A stretch of DNA of 63,972 bases, filler included, from Hyphochytrium catenoides (Eukaryota; Protista; Hyphochytriomycota), in the NCBI GenBank assembly GCA_900088475.1. It is 10 parts of 10 records of this genome, joined end to end, with 100 filler letters (N's around TTAATTAATTAA, not from the genome) between each part and the next. Parts side by side here need not be neighbours in the genome. Positions count along the whole stretch, not along the records: positions 1 to 20,602 come from FLMG01004709.1; positions 20,703 to 37,014 come from FLMG01002225.1; 8 more parts are not named here. One strand, 5' to 3'. Shown one piece after another: positions 12,701 to 25,700 of the stretch; the first letter of the stretch is position 1, and the number at the start of each line of letters is the position of its first letter. The notes below the pieces were generated by a model that was not told the DNA's origin, did not search any database, and saw only the letters and a list, made by a program, of their open reading frames with translations. Position numbers and translations under genes: made by a program.

Positions 12701-15329
12701 GCGATTGCATCGTAAGTGCAACTCCCTTTGCGCATTTAGGGCTTAGGTTTGGACTCTACACTTGTCTCTGCCCAGCATAATAGTTCTGAACAACCAGAGG
12801 TCTTTTCGCTAAGATGAACAGTTCTCTTGCCCTTAACATTTCGTCTGTCTTTGTAGAGGTGTAACGACCCTTTTAGGAGGCGGGACAGGTCCAGCGACAG
12901 GTACCAAAGCAACCACGTGCACCCCTTCCCCAGAGCATGTAAGGTTCCTCAGGTCCTAAGTTGCTGTCGGCAAATCACCAGCAGACCTCTTGATATACCT
13001 GCAGACACCGCTCTGCTTCAGAACTACGCTTTTGAGACTCTCGCTCTTTCCGCGCTCTTCGCTCTTTTCTCTGCAAGGTCTTAGTCCACTCTTTGTTGCC
13101 ACACTTCATTAGGTGGCTATGATGCTGAAAGCGACAGATGCCTTCCCAGTGAATATTGGACTCACAGGGAAGGGCAATACCTCTTCGCCTCTGGGCCTCT
13201 CAGAAGTCATCAGGGCTGGGGCTGTGGGATTGAAGCTGCATGAGGACTGGGGTACTACCCCTGCAGCCATAGACAACTGCCTCTCTGTCGCGGAGAAGTA
13301 CGATATACAGGTGCGATAATCTATGAACTCTAGAGCATTACAAAGAATCGGGTTAACTGGGAAGGCCGCCTAGTTGCTGTCTGCGTCGCTTCCACCAAGT
13401 TGTTAGAAGTTTCAGAGATCTAGATTTTTTGATGAGGAAGAAGAGTGGGACTTGAGCCAGAGGATGAAGAGACATTTCAGAAGCAGCAGCCAGTGAGAGT
13501 AAGTTGTTCGGGCCTAATCTTGTGTCTTTCTCCGCGCGTTGCAGGTGACCATTCACACCGACACCCTGAATGAATCTTGCGTGGTAGAGCAAACAATTGC
13601 AGCGTTGAAGGGCCGGACCATCCATACTTATCACTCAGAGGGAGCTGGCGGAGGCCACGCGCCTGACATTATCACCGTTTGCTCGATCCCTAACGTCATT
13701 CCCTCTTCTACTAACCCTACTCGGTAAGGGTCAGCATTGTGGATTGCCTCCATCAGAGCTGCTTTCGCTATGAACTCTTCGTAATTGTCTTCTGGAAGAG
13801 GAAAGTGCCAGCATGTGCTAATAGAGGATGGCTCTCTCTCTCTCTCTCTCTTCCTCAAGGCCCTTCACGAAGAACACCATTGATGAGCATCTGGATATGC
13901 TGGTACGTCACTAGCTCTGAATTTAGACTGTCTCTTTCTCATCTTCTAGGCAAGACCGAGCTGAAAATATCATTTTCTTTGGCTGCTTTCAATCTCTCTC
14001 TTAGTAAATGCTCGCTTCTAATGTCCGAATATGGCAGATGGTCTGTCACCACCTTGATAAAAATGTCCCTGAAGACATCGCATTCGCAGAGTCAAGAATT
14101 AGAGAAGAAACAATAGCTGCAGAGGATATCCTTCACGACATGGGCGCCATCAGGTTATGATTCCTTGCTTTGCACTTGCGACGCACCGCTCATCCTTTCA
14201 AATGCAGCTCCCTCTTACCCTTACTTTCTCTCTCTCTCTCTTGGGGCACTTTCTCTCTTTCTGTAGCATCATCTCCTCGGACTCGCAGGCCATGGGTCGA
14301 GTGGGGGAGGTTATCACTCGGACATGGCAGACAGCGGACAAGATGAAGAGGCAGCGAGGATCTCTACCTGAGGATGCGGAAGAAGAAAGAGACAGAGACA
14401 ACTTCAGAGCCAAGAGATATATTGCAAAGTACACTATCAACCCTGCGGTTGCACATGGAATGAGCCATCTCATCGGCTCCATAGAGGTGAACTCTCCCCT
14501 GATCTAGCAGGGAGATCATGATGCTTCATTGCACTCTTGGCCCCTACTGAATGTTGCAGTGCTCCTCATGCCTCTAGCTCACAGCTTTTGGTCTCTGAGC
14601 CGGTTGAAAGCTGCTATGATGTTGCCACGCGATCGCCCTCTCTGTTCTACTCTCTGTGTCTAAAGGACCATTGCATAGGTTGGGAAGTTTGCCGACCTTG
14701 TCTTATGGAAGCCAGAGCTCTTTGGAGCCAAGCCTGAGTTGGTGCTTAAGGGTGGGACCATTGCCTGGGCACAGATGGGCGATCCCAATGCTTCCATTCC
14801 TACACCTGAACCTGTCGTGATGCGGCCCATGTTTGGGGCTTACGGTGGCGCCTTAGGCAGCTGTTCAATAGCGTTTGTCAGCCAGGCCGCTAAGGACTGT
14901 AGGAAAGTCTTAGACTATGGACTGAAGAAGAGGATTGAGCCTGTCAAGCATTGCAGAGGGATTGGAAAGAAGGTACGAAGACTTTAGAAGGTCCCAAGCT
15001 GGGATCAGAGGACAACGACGAATGAGTGCTGGACAGCGTCAGTGATGTTTAGGTGCAAGCTTCAATGAAGTGAAATGAAGCTGTCACCTGGAAGCACAGA
15101 AAGTGCTCACAGAACAGCGCTTTCCTTGTTCTTCGTCCACACTTTTCCATCTCTGCTCACTCTCAATCTCTGTTTTCGCTTCTGCAATTTTCAGGAAATG
15201 AAGCTCAACAACGTGACCCCGTCCATCAAGGTCGACCCGGAGACCTATCAGGTCACTGTGAACGGACAGGTCATCACATGCAAGCCAGTGAACAAGGTCC
15301 CGTTGGCTCAACGGTACTTCCTCTTTTAG
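9783..15329 (+). CDS. URE: Urease, eukaryotic single-chain gamma-beta-alpha fusion, 19 exons
   Basis: Gamma: [11 protein letters not shown]...[21 protein letters not shown]...[14 protein letters not shown]. Beta: [14 protein letters not shown]...[15 protein letters not shown]. Alpha: [73 protein letters not shown], ending PLAQRYFLF*. All junctions I traced are GT-AG and in phase; Ni ligands and flap Cys are intact. Confidence 0.98.
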
Positions 15330-15696
15330 AGTGGCAGGAGAAGGAAGAAGAACGGCAGATAAAGAAGCAAAAGATTTTGCCTATATTGAGGTGGCTTGTC
15401 TAATAGATAATGAGGACAAACCCCTAACGTTCTACCCTAATAAACGGATGATCTTTGTCAAAGATGCTGGAAGCTTAGCGGGGTGCTCCGTTCGTCTATG
15501 TAAAGCCTTCACTGTTATTTCTGTTTCCAAGCTTCCGTACGCAGCTTTGACCTGCCTCCATTCTGCAGTTTCCTAAGTCTGAGTTTCACAGTCTGAAAGC
15601 TTCATCATTCTCGCGTCACTGTTCTGTCATCCAGTCTGCGCACCAGGACTCTCGAGCCGCATCAGCCTGAGCCTGTGGCTCTAGAACATCACCGAG

Positions 15697-16118
15697 TCTG
15701 AGCTCCATGACTCTGGTGCCTCACTCACTGTGAGCTCCACGACTCTGGAGCTTCACTCATGCTGCTTACTTACACAGTGTGGAGCTCCATCACTCTGGTG
15801 CCTCACTCAGTGTGAGCTCCACGAGTTGGTGCCTCACTCAGTGTGAGCTCCACGAGTTGGTGCCGCACTCAGTGTGAGCTCCACGAATTGGTGCCGCACT
15901 CAGTGTGAGCTTCATGACTCTGGTGCCTCACTCAGTGTGAGCTTCATGACTCTGGTGCCTCCCCCAGTGTGAGCTCGACGAGTCTGGTGGCTCACTCAGT
16001 GTGAGCTCCACGAGTTGGTGCCGCACTCAGTGTGAGCTTCATGACTCTGGTGCCTCAGCGTGAGCTCCACGAGTCTGATGCCGCACTCACTGTGAGCTCC
16101 ACGAGTCTGGTGCTTCAT
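15697..16118. repeat. Minisatellite, 31-32 bp unit, about 13 imperfect copies
   Basis: Unit GAGCTCCACGAGT(C)TGGTGCC(T/G)CACTCAGTGT repeated head to tail, with no unique spacers. Confidence 0.9.
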
Positions 16119-16655
16119 GAGCGAAACTTTAAAAAATCGGTCAGCGCTCTGGACTGAGAAGCTTCCACTCTGATGGCTGATGGTTATTTCAAGCCGATAT
16201 TAGTGGCTGCCCAGAAGATTCCTAGAATCATTGTTAGGCTTGTACTGAACCAAACCCCCCGTCACATCCGTACACCTAAGATAGAACCGAGAATAGGGTC
16301 TACCGAAGCTAGAAGCTTTTTGCAGAGCTACCCCTGGAGCTAACCGAACTGTTCTCTTCATCACTGCAGCAAACGAACCTCGGGAAGGACGTGGGCACCT
16401 GACGTGGGGATCAGCGCGAGAAGGAAAGTCATTGAGAGCCCCTCTGCAGAGTGCAGACTCCTTCGCTTCCATCAAGCTTCTCAAGCCTACCATCACCTCT
16501 TCTCTGTGTCCTTAGGGCTATCTGCCGTGCATCAGCGGTCTCTCATTGAGTGGACACTGAAGCCAGTATAAGGTCAAGGCGGCTAGGGAGTGCTGTCCAC
16601 TCACAACGGGCCAAACAAGCTGATTCTGCCTTCAAGGTCCTTAGGCCAAGCTTCA

Positions 16656-17057
16656 ATGACAGCCAGTCGGGCTTCTCTTCGCCGCCTCCAGGCCTTGAGA
16701 AGGCTAGTGGTTGCGGGGCCCCGTAGCAGCAGCAAAGGGTGGCAGCAGCCTTCACCATTGCTCTTAGCGACAACGAATGCCTCCTCCGCTTCAGGTCCTC
16801 TTACGCCCGCCCGCAGTCTTGCCATGCGAGAGCTTTCCACGAAATGCGCTAATGATAGCTCCAGAGAGGTGCCTGAGAGAGTTCAGGAAGCAATGAAGGA
16901 CTACTCGGTCATCTCTAGGCTCGACGTTAGGTGGGGCGACATGGTAGGTGGGACTGAAGGGTTGCCTTACTTCCAGTCGCCGGGAACAGATGTCTGAATG
17001 CTTCTTTCGCCTCTTCCGGGTCGGCAACTAGTCTTTTCCGTCTCTTCTCTCTCTCTC

Positions 17058-17125
<68 letters not shown>

Positions 17126-18042
17126 CCATCCCAACGCCCAGTCCTCTTCTTGGTGTCTTCTCTCTCTTCATCCCAATGCCCAATCCTTCTTTCTGTCTCT
17201 CTTCTCCCTTGTCTCTCCTTTCTTTGATGCCTCTTTTCCTTAACTTCTTCCTCTATGATTCTTGATCTCCCATTTACACTATAGACAACAACACATCTCC
17301 TCCTCCCCTTTGCTGCTATCGATCCATCGCCCCTGTTCCTCTTGCTTCTCCGGCCAAGCTCCTAGCCGGGAGTCCAAGTAAAGCATAATGCCTATCTGTC
17401 TGGTCCTGGCTCCGTCTCTTAAATGCTAGAGGCTGCTCTTTATCATGCTGTTGTCCCCAAATTGTTGGCCTGACATGCTCTCTCAGGATGCGATGGGTCA
17501 TGTGAATAACGCTGTGTACTTCAAGTACTTTGAGACTGCGAGGATCTTCTACCTAGAGAAGCAGGCAGAGTTTGGACTCTCAGAAGATGTGGGGCTGACC
17601 CCAAAGAGTGTTGGTACGTTTATGAGGCTCAGAGGGGAAAATGCAAAGAGTAAGGAGGCAGATTGTATTAAGAGAAAGAGAGGGGCTTCGAGAACAGAAA
17701 GAGGAAAGAAGAGAGGCGCACGGGAAGTGCTAGCAAAAGACGTCTAAGCATGTCCTCACGGTCTTCCCCAAGGGCCGATCTTGGCGGAGATCAGCTGCCG
17801 CTACAAGGCGCAAGTCAAGTATCCTGACCATCTCTACGTTGGCTGCCGGACCAGTGAGCTGGGGGAAGACTCCCTAATCCAGACCTACAAAGCAGTCAGT
17901 GAGGCCACTGGGCGGGTCGTGGCTGAGGGACGATCAAGATTAGTCTAACATCGATTACAGAACTGGGAAGAAAGTCCAGCTTCCAGAGCCAGTGCTGGAG
18001 TCTATCAGGAGGATAGATGGTGATCTACCAAGGATGGCCTAG
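16656..18042 (+). CDS. Hot-dog fold acyl-CoA thioesterase (4HBT/YbgC/FadM-like) with probable mitochondrial presequence; +1 frame break at ~17946
   Basis: LDVRWGDM|DAMGHVNNAVYFKYFETARI...|GPILAEISCRYKAQVKYPDHLYVG...VVAEGRSRLV then TAA. The expected tail NIDYRTGKKVQLPEPVLESIRRID continues in the +1 frame. The N-terminus is Arg/Ser/Ala-rich and lacks acidic residues. Confidence 0.85.
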
Positions 18043-19028
18043 ACCTGCAAGGAGCAGAGGTATAGTCCCTCATTGACTTTTATCTTTTAGTCTGTGGAGA
18101 ATCACTTTGTTCTTCTCGAGCGAGTCAGTCCCTGGGATGGAGTTAAGGCATAAAGAGAGCGCCATAATAGCTTGCCTATTAACGCCCTCGTCCATCTAAC
18201 AGTTTCTCTGTCTGTGTAGTTCAGGCTACAGCAGGGCCAGCCCTAGCACCGCATCGCTGCCCCTAAATGGAACATTGTTATGTCGTGTTCCGCACCAACA
18301 CACTTCAGCACAGAAAGCTATGGCTATCAAAAATAGGATATCCTACTTTTCGTCCTTACGTTAAGTGAGAAGAACGAGAGGGTCCAATACAAGGCCCGAC
18401 TTGACTCAAGGTTAGAATAGATACATGCTTAAGGCAAAGAAGCTGGCCTCTATAAGCATTGAGGGTTCACTTCCATGTCGACTGAATTAGGTGAAGTGTC
18501 CCTAGCCCATACACACCCTAAGTGCTAATGAATGCCAGGCATTGGCCCTGAAGCTCTCTTCTCAAAGCAAGAATAGCTCTCGACCTGCTCACAGCTGCGA
18601 CTCATCTTATGGCCACAACTCTCAAAGCCCTTTGATACCTACACGGCCATGTAATGGTTCCAGGACTTCGTTTTCCTTCATAACCGTAACTATCTCTTGC
18701 CCATAAAGCTCATGGGCATCTGTCGTAAGCTGCAGAAGCTGTCTCCTCACTTGGGGGTGCTATTGTACGGACAAGAGACATGGTTAAGATTGCCGGACCT
18801 TAGTCCTGCCGCCCTCGATCTAGGCCTACACTTCACAAGCGCAGCAACTTCAATTTTCCCCGACCTGTCTGTTTTCTAGTAGGCACTCCATGGTAGCCTC
18901 CTTTTCGCCTTCACGCAGCATGCTGCTCTGGAAGTGACCAGTCTTCCTCGACACCAAGAAGGCAGGATCGTTTCGTGTGTCCCACTTGCTAGCCTCGCTG
19001 TCCTTGGCCTCTTATTGGCTTTACAGCC

Positions 19029-20601
19029 CTAGAGAGTGAAGTCATGCTCCGTAGACATAACCGTCTCGTTGTACCGGTCCTCTAATAGGGGAGATTTTTC
19101 TGTGGCCCTTCCTCTCGGAGAAGACGATGACGGCGCATTTTCCCCTCTCACGGCCATAACGCCCAAGACCAGTAGCCCGGGCACAAGCTCTGGAATGGTA
19201 TAAAAGAACCTGTAGAGGACAAGGAACACCAAAGATCCCGGTTAGCCAGTTTTATATGAGGTCTTACGTGCGTTAATGGGCTCAAGAGGCTGTGAGAGCG
19301 TTCAGACGCTAGCGAGACATAGTTAGAACCATTGAAGACATTAGAGGATCCGGAGTTTGGAAAGATTTTGGACTGAATCCAATGTGCGAAGGGAAGCTGT
19401 TACTCACTCACCATGGGTAGAGGATGGCACCTGCCAGCCCTGTGAAGATAGGACCACCATGAGAAGAGAGTGACGCCGAGAGCTGGGCATCTTGGGCCTT
19501 TCTCACTGCCAAAGTGAGGAAAAGAGTACCTCGCAAGACGAAACAGACGAAAGAGACAAAGAGCAGGGCATAAATCTGACACTTCAGGCTGTACAGCACT
19601 GGCTGGTTGGGACTGTAACCCAAGAGATACTGCTGCCGTAGATTCCACCAGTTGCTCATCTATTCAAGTCGCATCATAGAGAGAAAGGAAAAGGTCGGGG
19701 TCAGCCTAAGAGACATGCTAGCACTTGCTTGAACCAGAACAGAGCAGAGAACAGTCGACAGGCTGAAGGTTGACCTAACACATTGTCAGAGCTTGAGACA
19801 GTCCTAGAGAATCTTCAAGATAAAGAGGAAGCGCTTAATCCTTTGAGAACGAAAGCACGCCAACCAGTAAGGAGAAAGATGTGGCAAAGGAGGAAGAGCA
19901 ATGCAAGGTTTGCCTGACCAGTCCACTGGACAGAGTGAGTGAGAACAGCCCCACGAAGACGGAATCCACAATGCCAAGTGCGTTTATCGTCTTTGGGCTC
20001 GATGCCCAGAAAGCCTAATGACCCAGCAGTAAGTCAGGCCAACTTTGCATCTATTTCACAGCTAAGAAGAGAAAAGAACGGACAAGAACTGACTTGGAGC
20101 TGATCCACTGCGTTATGAGGAAGGACAGGTTCTAGAATAGCGGGACCTCAGATGGAAAGAACACACTCATAAGATGGTTGAAAAGGAAATTTGAGGGTAG
20201 ATCACCGACTAAGATAGAAGAGATCACCGAGTAGGGACGAAAGCTCAGGGTCATAGGTAGACTCAAGGGCTTGACAGATGGCGACAAGGGACAAGGCTGA
20301 AAGACAGGGATCAAGATAGCAGACAGTAGCAGTGCGGAAACAAAGCCACAGCCGTGCGCGTCGTGAGACCTTGAGGATGATCGTCACAAAGAGTCCAAAG
20401 AAAGCCCAGACAACAATGACCAGAAGCATCAGACTTTTGGTGCGACTCCTCCGCGAAGCTCTGAGAAACAGCCTCGAGCCTATGCGCATCGCAATAGATC
20501 CTGAGCCGCTCACAGATTGCGGGAGAGAGAGAGAAGAGGGCGCCCCTATCTCTGAGACGTCGAAGAAGAACTTTATGATGAGGGCAAAGGCCATAAAGTA
20601 G
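19029..20601 (-). CDS. Multi-pass membrane protein, TOM1/THH1 (DUF1084)/GPR137-like, 5'-truncated at linker
   Basis: Hydrophobic exons YFMAFALIIKFFFDV, LLVIVVWAFFGLFVTIILK, IYALLFVSFVCFVLRGTLFL, and ILYPW|FFYTIPELVPGLLVLGVM, resembling the last-helix YY..E..P signature of this family. Family assignment is from recall, not a search. Confidence 0.45.
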
Positions 20602-20646
20602 ANNNNNNNNNNNNNNNNNNNNNNNNNNNNNNNNNNNNNNNNNNNN

Positions 20647-20658
20647 TTAATTAATTAA
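20647..20658. other. Artificial scaffolding linker N-TTAATTAATTAA-N (also at 37059, 44276, 54447, 56141, 57554, 59708, 61277, 62538)
   Basis: Identical 12-mer with stop codons in all six frames, each flanked by uniform N runs; this is an assembly construct, not biology. Confidence 0.97.
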
Positions 20659-20702
20659 NNNNNNNNNNNNNNNNNNNNNNNNNNNNNNNNNNNNNNNNNN
20701 NN

Positions 20703-21282
20703 CGCTAGTGGCGTTAGTGCCAAGGTCACTGAGGATTGTGCCAGGAGGAGAAGAGGCGCTAGGGTTAGAGATGATGTTGGAGCGGAACTCTTTCACTTCT
20801 ACCTCTTTGGCCTTTCCTCCTTCTTCTTGGTGAGACTGCTGGGAGTGTGATGGGGCCTTGCCTCTCTCTCTCCTGCCCTCGGTGTCGTCATCCTCCACTG
20901 CTCCTCTCGTTCTGCCGCTCTCTTTAGATTCTTCGTCTGTCTCTTTCTTCGTCCTCTCGCAGCAATGCTCTTCTGCTTGCACAAGCTGTTGTTGCTCTTC
21001 CATATAACCCATCGTGTTGTCTGGTGCTGTACGAAAGGCTTCAACAGGAGGAAGAGGAGAAGAAGGAGCGAACGAGGATGGAGAGGAAGGGATCACTGTG
21101 GTTCCACCAGAAGAGATGGCAGTAGCAGCAGCGGCAGCTGGGTGCGGCACAGACAGAGGGATAAGAAGCTGGAGGTTGGATCCACACTCGTGGCAGAACT
21201 TCTGCTTCACTATCAGCAGCTTGACTCCGCAACTCGAGCAGAAGATGGAGGACATTGTTCGTTGACCTGGTACGTAGCTCAT
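20703..21282 (-). CDS. Protein with N-terminal zinc ribbon, 3'-truncated at linker
   Basis: MSSIFCSSCGVKLLIVKQKFCHECGSNL (CxxC...CxxC) followed by low-complexity Ser/Pro and Glu/Lys regions; the ORF runs into Ns. Confidence 0.6.
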
Positions 21283-22719
21283 TAACTCGTTTCTCTCTTT
21301 TTCTCTATCTCTCTTTCTCTCCCTTCTTCTTTCTCTATCTTTGGCTCTCTCTCCCTCCGCCTTCTCCTCCTACCGTCTCCCGATCCCTTCTTCCTTACGC
21401 CGTCGTCGTTTTGTTGCTTATCGTTCCTTACTTCTTATGCTGCAGTGTCTCCTGGTCCTGGTCTTAGACGACAAAAGATGCAGCAGCTACGACGATTTGC
21501 AGGTCAATCATGGACCAGCGACCGAAGAAGAAACCACTCTGAGGCACAAGTGGCATGGTTCGTCGACTCAGCAGACAAAAAAGTCTCTGGATCGCGGCGG
21601 GTCAAAGGCTTTCGACTAAACCTTTTCGCTCCTGTCTATCTTCTTCTTTATCTCTTCTTCCAGCTCTCAGGTTTTGCTTCTGCTTGTTGCCCGGCGACAG
21701 GGCGGTAGCGATCCCTACAGTTCCTTCCTTTTCCTCCCCCCTGCTAGTGGTCGAGAGAAGAAAGAGAGAGAGAGAAGAAAGAGAAGAGAGAGAGAAGAAA
21801 GAGGAGAGAGAGAAGAGAGAAGAGAGAGAAGAGAGAGAAGACAGCCAGCTGCGGCCAGTCTCTGCACTAGTAGTCAAGGTGTGACTATGGGGCGGAGAGA
21901 GGGAAAGATGTGGTGCATCTCCTCAACAACAAGAGACAGGAGAAAATGGAGAGAAGAAAGGCGCTCTGGGTGTTCAGTAGGAGGAGGGTGAAGGTGGAGG
22001 CAGCAGGAAGAAAAAGGCTGATGATAAAACCCTGATAAAACCTTGTCACCTTTCTGTTTCCTTCTCTTTTTTCCCTCTCTCTTTTTCTCTCCTCTTTCTC
22101 TCTCGTCTCTCTCTCTCTCTCTCTTCTCTTCTCTTTCTCTTTCTCTCGTCTTTCTCTCTCCTCTCTCTCTCTCTTTCTCTCCTCTTCCTCTTTCTCTCTC
22201 TCTTGCTCTCTCTTCTCTCTCTCTGCCTCTATCTTTCTCTCCTCTATCTCTGTCACCTGTTCCTTGTCTCTCTCTCCCTTACCCTCCTCTCTCTGGTCAC
22301 TCTCTCCTCTCTCTCTCTTTCTCTCTCTCCCCTTCCCTATCCCTCCTGTCTCTCTCTCTCTCTCTCACCCCTAGTCGTCGTTCTCAGTCTTCCATCTTCC
22401 ATCACACTTCTAGAAGTTCTAAACCACAAAAAGAAGATCTCTTCCTCACTCTCTGCTGTCTTCCCAATTAACCTTATGCGTTAGCGGCTCTGAATCATTT
22501 TGCCAAAAAGGTGTAGTTCCTAGAGTGCCGGGAGGACTCCGTGTGTGAAGTGTGAAGTGTGAAGGTTCAAAACTACAGTACTGAACACGAAACAAAGCTG
22601 CTAACGCCAAGTCACCGTAAACACTAAACACCACTTGCGCAATAGCCCTTATACTGGGCGTTAGCGGTCAAAAAACACAAGGAACTACTTGTACAAGTAC
22701 GGCACAGCAGGATGGTAGT

Positions 22720-25700
22720 ACTGTAGAGGATGATGGGAAGGTCAAACAGTAGTAGTAGTAGATCTATTATTATAGGGACCGCGGTCGATGGCCACCTCTT
22801 TCTTTCTCTTCCAGCTTGTTGTCCATCCACTTGCATGCTCGGACGGCGGTCCTGGACGGGAAGAGAGTGGTGTTCCTGGTTCCTGCTTGTCGAGGAGAAC
22901 TCCAACAACCACCGCTTACATTATTGTACGACAGCCAAAGACTTTGCACGGCTTCATATCGGCGCTACCGGTCCAGCAGCAGGAGGACAGGCAGGTATGG
23001 TCCTGCCGCTCGCATCATATCATCAGTAGAAGCTCTTAATAAAGAGGGAAACAATGGCCAAGGTAAGGCAAGGCCCTGGGCCAGTTGTCTTCTGGTGGAT
23101 ATTATTCCCCCTAGTTAACAATCCTATCCGCCCCAAAATCGTTACAGTGGCCAGCAGACAGCTAACGTGACAAAGAGCGCTGCGATTCGAGGAAGCAGGC
23201 TGGGAAAGAAGGGAGGAGGAGGAAGAACGCGGAAGGAGGAAGAAGACAAGGCCTATTAGAAACTAAGCGCTCTTTGTTCTCCTGCTCAAGACGGTTTGCA
23301 CGAGCTTCTTATCTGTAGATGAAGAAGAAGAGGTGACCTTGATGATGGCAACATGATGAAGCAGATAATATTGACGAGGGAAGGAACAGAAGAGAATAAT
23401 GGATGCGACAAGCTCATATATATCCATCTAGATACACATACATAAAAGATAAGGGGGAGGAGAAGAGAGAGGGAGAAAGAGAGAGAGAAAGAGAGAAAGA
23501 GAGAGAGAGAGAGAAAGAGAGAGAGTGAAAGAGAGAGAGGGAAAGAAAGGAGGAGAGAGAGAGAGAAGAGAGGGAGAAGAAAATAAGAAAGAGAGAGAGA
23601 AAAGGACCGAAAGCTAGAAGGAGGGCAAGGAGGTAGGAGAAGCCGGCGTCAAGCAACGTGAAGGACGACGAAGAGGGCGATGGAGAAGATAACGTGATAC
23701 CGAAGGACAAGAGTGATAATGATGGACTAAATGGGAACGATAGAGCTGAGCAAAAATCTATGATCAATTATAGTCTCTGAGTAAACCACGTTGATCCTGG
23801 CAAGTTTTGAACACCTCGTTTTTCTGGCAGTGAATAAAGGGCCTATTATTCAGGTATAGGAGCGCCAGCCGTGCAATGGCGATGGAGCCGCTGAGCTGAG
23901 GGAGACTTCCGTATCGATTATATGATGGTAAGAACTTATACTACTGAAAGAAGAGTGCCCCTGCTACCGCCACAAGCCTAGCGGAAAGGCTTCATTCCGT
24001 CTCGTCCCATCTGAGTCCATTCTTCCACCAGGATCAGCAGGTAACGAAGCATTGTAAGCCTTTAGACCTGCGCCGTTTCCGCGTGTCAATGCAGTCGGCC
24101 CGACGCCGAACTGGCCTACCCTTCATGCATTGGTCTAGTAGGGTATTACATGCGGGACTGCAGCTTCTGCTGGTGAATGGCTTGTCGCTAAAGCGAATGT
24201 TATCGAGCGTGTCAAAGAAACTGCACTTAAGCTGTGAGCAGTAAGGCCGCTGCTGAAGAGCTCGTCCACGGAGAGCAATTCCATCTTCTTCTTCTTGCTT
24301 GCCGCTGGTATGTTCCAAAAAAGAAGAAAGAGTACTGTCAAACCCATTAATTGCCAGGCTTTCGCCCGCCAGGAGATCAGCAGTAGCCTCAGCTGGCTGA
24401 GCTACGGCAGCCGCGATGGTGGGAGATGTAAAGAGGAGCAATCCAGTGCTAGCCACAGCGAATATTGCCCCAAACAAAAGCACAGCAGCAAACGAGATAT
24501 GACGAGCTCTGTACTGCATCCTTCCTTCTTCTGTTTTGCTGATCCTTATCTATGTACTGGCTGCCTTCACACGTATCGGGGCCGCTTGAATGGGAATGGT
24601 AGTGAACTCGTTGGATTGCGTTGCGGGTGACGGGCTGCTAGGAGCTTTCTTCGACTTCTTTCGCTGTTGGAAAAAGGTAGTATGATCATCGATGCAAGGG
24701 TAGCGGTAGGAGAAGAAGAGTCTGGCAGGCTGTAGAAGAGAAGAGGAGGTGAAGGCAGGGATCGAACTAAAGGGAGAAGGCGGAATGTCACGTTCCCTAC
24801 ACTGATCCTTGGGTTTGTTTCTTCTGGCTTTCTTGTACCATCAGAATCTCTAAGGAAGATGAAGTCCGGAGCAAGAAACTCCTGAGATGGCAGATGGAGG
24901 ATGGATCTCGTGAAGAGAAGGAGCAGTAGTCCTCCTTGAAAGAGCGACAGGAATACCGCTAAGAACGACAGCAACTCGCTGTCTCCTCCATCAACCGTCT
25001 TCCCCAAGAGGTACGTTTGCGAGCCTTGGAGGAAGGCGAGGCTCATGTTGAACTCCAGATGCAAGGAGAAGGATGGTGGTCGGCTGTACTCAGATGGCTT
25101 GAGAAGCGCGACCCCGTCTTGCACGAGTGACTGCATGTGGATGGAAGAAAAGGAGACTATCACCTAGGTAAACAAAGCGTGACGTGTCACCCTCTGTTCT
25201 TAGAATAGAAAAAGCTTCACTTGACGTGATATGTCACAGATGATACTGCCTGGATGATGGGAGAGATGGCTTCTGTTATAAATAAGCCAGGCTGACCGTA
25301 TCAGAAGAGCTACCTCAGTAACGTCTCTAAACCCATTACCTAACCCTTTGATCTCTTGGAAGACTTCTTATCCGTCACATCAGCACAGGCCACAGACAAA
25401 CCAACAAGGAGAAAAAAAGAGAAGCACCTTTCTCCACGTAGGTTCGGAGGAAACTGAGCCTAGTCTCGCCAAGATTGCTCGGTCTCGCATTGAAGACCAA
25501 ACGTCAACCTCGAAGAGAGCCTACCCTACCCCTTAACCAGCCTAGTTTTATTAGAGAGCCAGTATCATTTGGATGGGCCATAGGATATGTAGACAGACGC
25601 TCACGCAACCAGCTCGCAACTCAGAAAGCTCCACTCACTCAGTGTTATCACTAGTAGACATATCTTATTCCTGCCGTAGAACTACTGCTCATTGGAACCT

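Noticed and set aside
15697-16118. CRISPR-like array
   Set aside because: Units are contiguous with no unique spacers, no cas genes are present, and the context is eukaryotic.
17943-17960. 18-nt GT...AG micro-intron in the thioesterase
   Set aside because: Its removal leaves the wrong frame and deletes conserved residues.
24567-25163. 198-aa ORF upstream of peptide gene 1, and the similar ORF at 29537-30106
   Set aside because: The frame is not maintained between the two copies and no domain is recognisable; likely UTR or promoter.
25626-25645. CTCACTCAGTGT shared between the duplicated upstream regions and the minisatellite
   Set aside because: A 12-bp match to any part of a 31-bp unit is plausible by chance in 64 kb.
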